Shown piece after piece: positions 56,265 to 64,000 of a stretch of DNA of 64,000 bases (position 1 is the stretch's first letter; each line of letters begins with the position of its first letter). The stretch comes from the human T2T-CHM13v2.0 reference genome, Homo sapiens: assembly GCF_009914755.1 (NCBI RefSeq), contig NC_060933.1, one strand, 5' to 3'. The notes under the pieces were generated by a model. That model saw only the letters and a program-made list of their open reading frames with translations, was not told where the DNA came from and did no database searches. The translations under genes and the position numbers were made by a program.

Positions 56265-57770
56265 GACTTGCCTGGGTTCAAATCCTCTCTCCACTATGTC
56301 CTACCTCTATGCTCTTTGGCAAATGACTTAGCTTCCTTTATGAGATAATTGCAAGGATCAATTAAATGGTGCCTGGCACAGAGTATGAGCTAGGTGAGCT
56401 TCAGCTATTCTTCTTCTTAGCTCCTTTTTTTTCCCCAAAAAAAGCTTACATTTGGGTGAAACTTCTGGGTTTATGTGCACACTCCCCTTGTGATGCTGAT
56501 CCTCACTAGAAGAAGAAAGGGATCATCTTCCATTTTACAGACAAGAGGACTCAGGGAAATCAGGGAAATTACACTACCTCAGCAAAACTACACATTTGAA
56601 ATAGCAAAGTGGGGCATTAATCCTGGGTCTTGAACACAAGCATACTGTTCTTTACAGCTGTCATTCTTCCCCCAAATATTTGTGAAATGCTATGTGCCAA
56701 GTGCTGGGCCAGGCGCTGCAAACACAAAGCCCCTGAGTGGGAGGAATCAAGTGAGAAGAGGAGATGGGCGGGGTTCCAGGGAGGTGAGGGTGTGGCACCT
56801 GCTCTAACATAATGTGCCTCTAACTCAGGCGAGGGCTCAGGGACAGTGATGCTTGAGACAGGTACTAGAGGGATTTAGAATAAGCAGATGGAGTAGCTGA
56901 AAGATGAAGGAAATCCAGGAAAAATAGCAATGTGAAGGCAAGGAGGGTGAAACAGGCAGAGATATTTGGAGGCACAAGTAACTGAGAATGGCTGGAGCCA
57001 CAGGTGCTGGAGGGGGTGCTGGGTATGGGTGAAAGCAATCTGAGTGGGCTTCCTGGCAGGCTGGAGATTCACACTGTTGCAGCTCTGGGCGATTGCCCAC
57101 AAGGCATCTTCAGGGAGGAGGTTTTTTTTGTTTGTTTGTTTGTTTTTAATGCTTTTCTCCTAGAGTCTCAGGATAGTCATTTTAGCACTCAGTTTTAAAT
57201 GCTTCCACCAAGCATGCTGTAATTCTATTTAATTACTCTCCTTCCTTCCCCATCGGAGGGTCCCATCCCTTGATCAGCCTCCATGTGGTGTTTGGAGCAT
57301 GTGATGGGAGACTGGCGGCCCCCACAGCCACCCCAGGGCCTGTGCTAAGGGAACAGCTGGTACTGTTCTCAGCAGATCTCAGTGGTGACCTGCAGGAATA
57401 CACCAGCAAACCAGGGTTGACCCAGAGCCACAGGGGACAAGCTCATGTCACAGAGCAGCCAACCAGGTGAGTGACAAACCTACCTCTTCTTGAATACACT
57501 AAGGGATGGAGGTATTAGGCAGGCAGAGAAGTTGCATTTGGATGTGTCACTGTGAGGTACCCATGGAAGGCCCCTAAGGAGATGCCCCATACGCAGCTAG
57601 CAGTTTGCATCTGGAGCTCAGAAGAGAAGCCAGGCTGGGGATGGAGGTTTTGGTCATCAGCACACCTGTGGAAGTTCAAGTCTTGGGTGAGGTCACTCAC
57701 GGAATGAGAAGAGCCTGCAATGAAAGGTGAGGTCTTAGAGAAAGCCAAAACTTCAGGATATACAACACCT
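56265..57770. mobile_element. Cluster of MIR (about 56265-56410 +, 56525-56660 -) and L2 (about 56680-57020, 57510-57770 -) relics
   Basis: CCTGGGTTCAAATCC; CCATTTTACAGACAAGAGGACTCAG; TGCATCTGGAGCTCAGAAGAGAAG. Confidence 0.6.
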
Positions 57771-57943
57771 GATTTCCTTTTTATACTGTTTTTTACAGGC
57801 CTCCTCCCAGCCATAACCAAAAATTACTTTTTCAGAGAGCTGCATAAGTCCAATATGCTAATATGCTAAGGAGACATGTCTTGATTTAGAGCTCATAACA
57901 TTATCTTCCTGACCAGTTACTGCGTTCGAGGGCTCACAATTTT

Positions 57944-59215
57944 TTCCCTTTAAATGATAGATAATAATTTACATATTTATGGGGCACACGTGAGTTGGTT
58001 ACATGCATAGAATATGCACAAGGATGAAGTCAGGGTATTTTGGGTGCCCATCACTTTGAGTGTTTATCATTTTTGTGTGTTGGGAGCATTTTTAGAGCAT
58101 TCAAGTCCTCTCTTCTAGTAACTTTAAAATGTACACAATATTGTTGCTTAAGTATACTTTCCTAGTCTGCTATTGTATTAGTCTGTTCTCATGCTGCTAA
58201 TAAAGACATACCCAAGACTGGGTAATTTATAAAGGAAAGAGGTTTAATGGACTCACAGTTCCACATGGCTGGGGAGGCCTCACAATCATGGGGGAAGGCG
58301 AATGAGAAGCAAAGTCACGTCTTACATAGCGGCAGGCAAGAGAGCATGTGCCAGGGAACTCCCCTTTATAAAACCATCAGATTTCATGAGGTTTATTCAC
58401 TATTGCGAGAACAGCACGGGAAAGACCTGTCCCCATGATTCAATTACCTCCCACCAGGTCCCTCTCATGACACGTGGGAATTATGGGAACCACAATTCAA
58501 GATGAGATTTGGGTGGGGACACAGTGAAACCCTATCAGCTATCAAAGGATAGCTTATTTTTTCTAACTGTATGTTTGTACCCATAACCAACCTCTTTTTA
58601 TCCCTCTCCTTTTGACTTTTCCATTTCTGATATCTATCATTTTATTCTCCATCTCCATGAAATCAACTTTGTTAGCTCCCACATGAGTGAGACCATGGAG
58701 TATTTGTATTTCCGAGCCTGGCTTATTCCTCTTAACATAATGGCCTCTAGTTCCATTCATGTTTCTGTAAATGACAGGACTTCATTCTTTTTTATGGCTG
58801 AATAATATTCCACCATGTATGTATACCACATTTTCTTTATCCATTCATCCAATGATGCACACTTAGGTTGATTCCGTATCTTGGCTATTGTCAATAGTGC
58901 TGTGATAAACATGTGAGTGTAGGTATCCCTTTAATATACTGATTTCTTTTCCTTTGGATAAATACCCAGTAGTGGGATTGCTGGATGATACAGTAGTTCT
59001 ATTTTTACTTTTTTGCGAAACATCCATGTTGTTTTCCATCGTAGCTATACTAATTTACATTCCCACCAACAGAGTATAAGAGTTCCTTTTTCTCTGAATT
59101 GTTGCCAGTATCTGTTGTTTTTTGTCTTTTTAATAATAGCCATTCTGACTGGGGTGAGATAATATCTCACTGTGGTTTTGATTTGCATTTCCCTGATGAT
59201 TAGTGATGTTGAGGA
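57944..59215 (-). mobile_element. 5'-truncated L1MA (L1MA3/4-like) split by THE1
   Basis: 3'UTR plus ORF2 C-terminus; degenerate TSD GCTCACA(A)TTTT at about 57932 and 59216. Confidence 0.85.
58174..58537 (-). mobile_element. THE1 (THE1C-like) solo LTR
   Basis: TGTATTAGTCTGTTCTCATGCTGCTAATAAAGACATACC...TATCA; perfect TSD GCTAT at 58169-58173 and 58538-58542. Confidence 0.93.
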
Positions 59216-60949
59216 GCTCACATTTTAATTTTGTAAGGTCCTCCTCATTCTCTCTGAGTTCCCTGTCATTCTCGGTCAATTTCAGAGTATCAGGGGCAGG
59301 CATTTTTGCCCGATGGTGTTTTGGAAAGAGGAATAGTCTCTCTAAATAACTATCCTGCTTCCTCTTCATTTCCATACCAAAGTCCCTTCACTTCACCCAC
59401 CACAACAATAAATAAATTCACAGAAACAATGGGGCTAACGAAATGCTTCCTCTCACAGGTTCTAGGGGCAGCATGATCTTTGGACAGTTTTGCTTGGTGG
59501 CTATATATTCCACCCCAGCATAATTTCTTGAGAGCATATATATTACTTTTCCCTTAGTATTCCACATTAGCTAACTGGCCGTTTTAGTATGGTCCTGTAG
59601 GAACATAAACATTTAGAGAATTTCTTGTAATGACAAGTAGAGATAATCGGTTTGAGGCCAGTGAGCTAGTTATGTTTAGGAAAATCACCATGGGATTTAA
59701 GATGATGCATTGATGTAATGCAATTGGTGGTTTATGAAAATTCTTTTAGACTAACCTCGGCCGTATAAGCACAACCACATTCCTTGCTAGTGAATAGGAG
59801 GCAGGGCCCAGTGGAATCATTTTTAAAGTGTTCCATTACAAACCTTTCACTTCTACCTCTCAAGGGAGAAGGGGACTGGAGGGGGAGCAGGGAGGACTTC
59901 ACAGCGAAATTTTCTGTGGAAGCCTGTTTGAAGCTATAAGTAGTCAAAGGAAAAATCCAGAAATAGTTTAGGAAATTAGTCATCTGTCTCCAAACTGTGT
60001 TCAGTTACAGTTTTGGGTTCCACTTTATGAAATGTAAAAAAAAAAAAAAAAAAAACAGAAATCTGGAAAGATTAATAATCATTTGTGTAAGGGTCAAAAA
60101 GGTCCAGTTTTTGCCCAGAAAGAGGAAAAAAAGTTCCCATTTGCTAAAATATTGTCAAAATAATTCCCAGGATGGAAAATTACATTCTGGGAACTGGGAA
60201 ACATGTTGACTTTCTCTACTTTTACTAGTTTTGCAATACTAAAATGTTGATAATTAGGTTATACTAGATGTCTAATGTTGCTTATTTTAAAGCACGAGTA
60301 CATAAATTATTAAGTGCATTTTTCAGTGCACACACACACAGACACGAGGAAGCTACCCATTAATATGTGCCTATCCTCTATTTTTTTTTTTAAGTGAGCT
60401 AAAGGAGAACTAAAATGGGTCGGGTGCGGGGGAAGTAGTATTCCACTATTTCTATACCTATTAGTTCACCAACTTACTATCATGATCATTTTAAGGCAGT
60501 TATTTTGCTCTTCACTGTTCTGTTAAAACCTGTGTTTTAAAGAATAAGGGAGTCTAGGGAAATGGAATGGAAGAATTCATACAGAGCTTATTTTTAAAAG
60601 AAAAGAAAAAGTCTTTGCAGCCATAACGAATCAGCACTGCCAGCCTTGGTAGGGAGAGGCTGGGGAGAAACCTGACTCTTTACTAGAGGCCATGCCAGGC
60701 TTTCCCGGAGAGTGTTTGGCTTGGGTATTTCTCAGGCATTGATAAAAAGCTTCTTGCCATCGGAGTGAACAGGCCAGAGAGCGTCTTGTACTTAGACTGA
60801 AGACACTTGTAAGAAGTTAGAGAGCGGAGACTCTACTGAGCTGACGCAGGGCTGCACGGTGTTTACTACAACCCCTGCCTCAGTTGGGCATGTTTGGTTG
60901 CAGGTCACAGAATATGCAAAAGTGGTTCCACTTTTTGGAAAAGCGGTTG

Positions 60950-61110
60950 AAGATGCTCACACATGCCTCAGTGCATGCATCACCAGGGCATCTGGTTAAA
61001 ATGCAAATTCTGGCCCAGCAGGTCTGGGTGGGACCCTGGATCCTGAATTTTAGCCATCTCCAGGTGCTATTGATTCTGTTGGCCCAAGGACCACGCTGGG
61101 TAGCAACAGT
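60950..61110 (+). mobile_element. MER5A (hAT-Charlie)
   Basis: GTTAAAATGCAAATTCTGG...CAGGTCTGGGTGGGACCC...AAGGACCACGCT. Confidence 0.7.
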
Positions 61111-61738
61111 TTAAAAATCCAGCGCTGATTGCCTTCTACAGCAACATGTCTGGAGACTGGACAGTGCCCAGGTTGGTGCAGTGGCTGGAGCCACTGGCCT
61201 TCCATTCTATTCCCCTAGACGCTGTTATTCTTTAAGACATACATTTTAACAGAACATCGAAGAACAAAATGACTGCCTTAAAATTATCATGATAGTAAGT
61301 TGGTGTACTAATAGGCATAGTAACATGAACGACAAAAGTCAGCCCATCCTCCCTCCTGTCAGCCGCAGGCTTCTGTCTTCACAGCGGCAAGGGCCACATC
61401 CTCACACACACACTTTTCCCTTCTTCTGTCCCCCCAACCCCCAAGACAGTCTGGTGGCCAGGATGGCTTCAGGCCCACACCTGGCTTCACAAGAAGCGGG
61501 AAAAGCAGCCATCTGGAATTTCCAGCTCCTGTGGGAAGGGGCGCCCTGTCAGCGAAGCAGTGGGCATAGGGACGGACCGTAGCAGGGTGGACACCAACAG
61601 TCTCTCACCACCATCCCCCACTCTGTCCTCCCCAGGCCCCAGCAACAAGGGGGAGGTGCCTCCATTGTGCACAAACGGAAAAGCAGGTTTTACTACATTG
61701 AATGCAATAAGGAAAATCAGCAAGTAAAGTGTATTTGA

Positions 61739-61907
<169 letters not shown>

Positions 61908-62034
61908 AGTGTAGTCCTTTAAAATTTGAGATTTTAAAGGAAAGTTCTGCTTTTACCTAGGCGACTGTATTACATCTAACACTACCTAGCAATTGGAGAT
62001 GCGTTGCTGATGTGTTCTCTCTGATGATCATCAG

Positions 62035-62202
62035 CATGTTATTTAATCTCTTGAGATTCACCAGTCTCCTCTCTATCAGGGAGTGACCATATCCTCCCCT
62101 CTGAATTAGATTACACTACATAGATTGCATGTGAAATTATCTCGCTAGAATTTTATGTAAAAGAATCAAGCTCAGTGCATGGCACGTGACGGGTACTCAA
62201 CA
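62035..62202 (+). mobile_element. MIR
   Basis: GTTATTTAATCTCTTGAG...CAGTGCATGGCACGTGACGGGTACTCAACAAA. Confidence 0.6.
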
Positions 62203-63529
62203 AAAACAAAGCTGTATAATATAGTACATAGGGTTATTCTTGTGTCTGTGTGTGTATGTGTGCTTATGCACAGTATGAGAAGATTGATTATATATTACAT
62301 TTCTACTTTCAGTTTTTCTATGCCAATTGAAATAAATCCGTGACAATATTACCTAGGTCATCTTAATTAGTCATGCAGTTAGAGATGGGAGGTCTCAGTC
62401 ACTCCCTGGCAGCTATCTGAATTGCTGGTAGACTCCAAGAAGAAATGCACCACTTTTTAACGTACTGGCCTCACAAATCCAAACTGAAAAAGTGACTGCA
62501 AATATGCCAGTCACCACCAATAATAACATAGTTTTACTAGTTGCAGGGATGGAAACATCACTGTCTAGGATGTCTGCATCCATTAGTTAACTGAACCAGC
62601 TTCTAATAGTTTTATGCCTACTCAAGGTAATGTGACTTGGCTTAAACAAACATGAATGTTAAGAGTTCACAATTAAATCATTTATTCATCTATCACTAAT
62701 TTGAAAAATACTGAAAATATTTGTTAACCATGGTATAAAAATATATCTAACCAACTTTAATAGTTGAGTAAGCATTTGACACCACCATTCCATACTTAAA
62801 TACCTATTTAACGTGAAGTTTGTTTCTTTTTGTCTTGCACAGAACTCAAGGAAGAAACATTTTTGCCAGTGAGCATATTTTTAGTTAGTGTGCAACTAAA
62901 TTTGTTTCTTTTAAATAGAATATTTGATCTTATTTGTTCTTATGCTAGACTTGTATAATTATACTTGTCAGGGGCAAACAAATAATGTAATGATTCTGAA
63001 ATATTATTTCTTAAGGAAAATAATTATACAATGATATTTATGTACTTGAAAGCATGTTATCTTTTAAAGTTTTACTGTGGGAGGCCATAAACTTATTCAA
63101 ATGATGCTGAAATTGCTCAAAATAGTTTTAGAGTCTCTCTCTTTGGATATGGGCTCAAAAGCCAATGCATAAATTATATAAAATTTATATCATTTTGTGA
63201 CCAATCTGAAGAACTGTAGTAACAAAACCAAAATAATTTAATTTGGTTTGCAAATGCTCTACAAAGTACAATTATATTTGCTCTGACTTGTGAGGTTTTC
63301 TAAAAAAATCAAATAACTGAGCATGTATTATTTTTACAGTAAATTAAATAAAAGTTGGGATAAAAATTCTCGAATATTATCATATATGACAAAAATTGCT
63401 AAGTGAAATAATTTAAGATTGTAATGAAGGGACATAAAGTAATTGTAAAAATAGAGTTTCAAAAAATAGTGACTTCTCTGAGAGGAACTTACTCTGAAGT
63501 GTGAATATAAAAAAAATCAAGCTGGCACT

Positions 63530-64000
63530 TTGGCTAATAAGAGTGCAAAATGCTACAACTCTTTGGGAGGGGCATTTGGCAATTTCTAGCAAAATCACAT
63601 AGACATTTATCTTTCAATCTTGCAAACTTACTTCTTGGAATTTTTCTTTGAGATACCACATGGCAGCTGCAAATCAATTCATGTGTAGTTATTCACTGTG
63701 CCATAATTTGAGATAGCTAATGGTGGAAGCAATGTAAATGCCTAACCACAGGAAACAAACACAAGGCAAGCTGGGGATGCTTTGCTGTGCCAGAAAGCAA
63801 GAAAAATGCTAAAACAAAGCAAAAATCTCAGAGGGATATGTGAGAAGAACACAGGTGCTCACTGAAAGGGACTCCCACCAGCCATAGTTGGGACAATTTG
63901 AACATTTAAAAAGGGCGTAATGGGTTATATTACATTAACTAAAATAAACAAAGAAATCTTCAAGTCCTTAGTAATACATTTAAAATAGGGGCAAGGCAGC
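63530..64000 (+). mobile_element. Old L1ME/L1MC fragments
   Basis: CTTTGGGAGGGGCATTTGGCAATTTCTAGCAAAAT; CCATAGTTGGGACAATTTGAACAT. Confidence 0.6.

Overview
Primate, probably human, non-coding genomic DNA, identified by AluJ/S/Y, L1PA, THE1, MER85 and MER1B elements. I can support no cellular protein-coding gene, RNA gene or CRISPR array; the ORF track is explained by decayed L1/ERV frames, Alu frames and chance ORFs. Bases 1-46,900 are an almost continuous nested pile of retroelements, with the long L1s mostly on the minus strand. It includes a near full-length L1MA holding a MER52 LTR, an L1MB, L1MC/MD pieces, an ERVL dUTPase tail with its MLT2 LTR, and a full-length L1PA5/6-like element with a tiny younger L1 inside ORF2. 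It also includes an unusual L1PA7/8-like element that keeps the 5'UTR and ORF1 but lacks ORF2. Bases 46,900-64,000 mix unique, more GC-rich sequence with MIR/L2/MaLR relics. The best leads are structural: (1) the ORF2-less 'half-L1' with a possible 5' transduction and an intact antisense ORF0 ending on a splice donor, (2) a perfect 32-bp palindrome, (3) a snap-back templated insertion at an AluY junction, (4) a MER85 piggyBac MITE, and (5) a 54-bp tandem duplication beside a G-quadruplex motif. Subfamily names come from recalled consensus sequences and need RepeatMasker/Dfam confirmation. I see no convincing evidence of a new multi-gene system.
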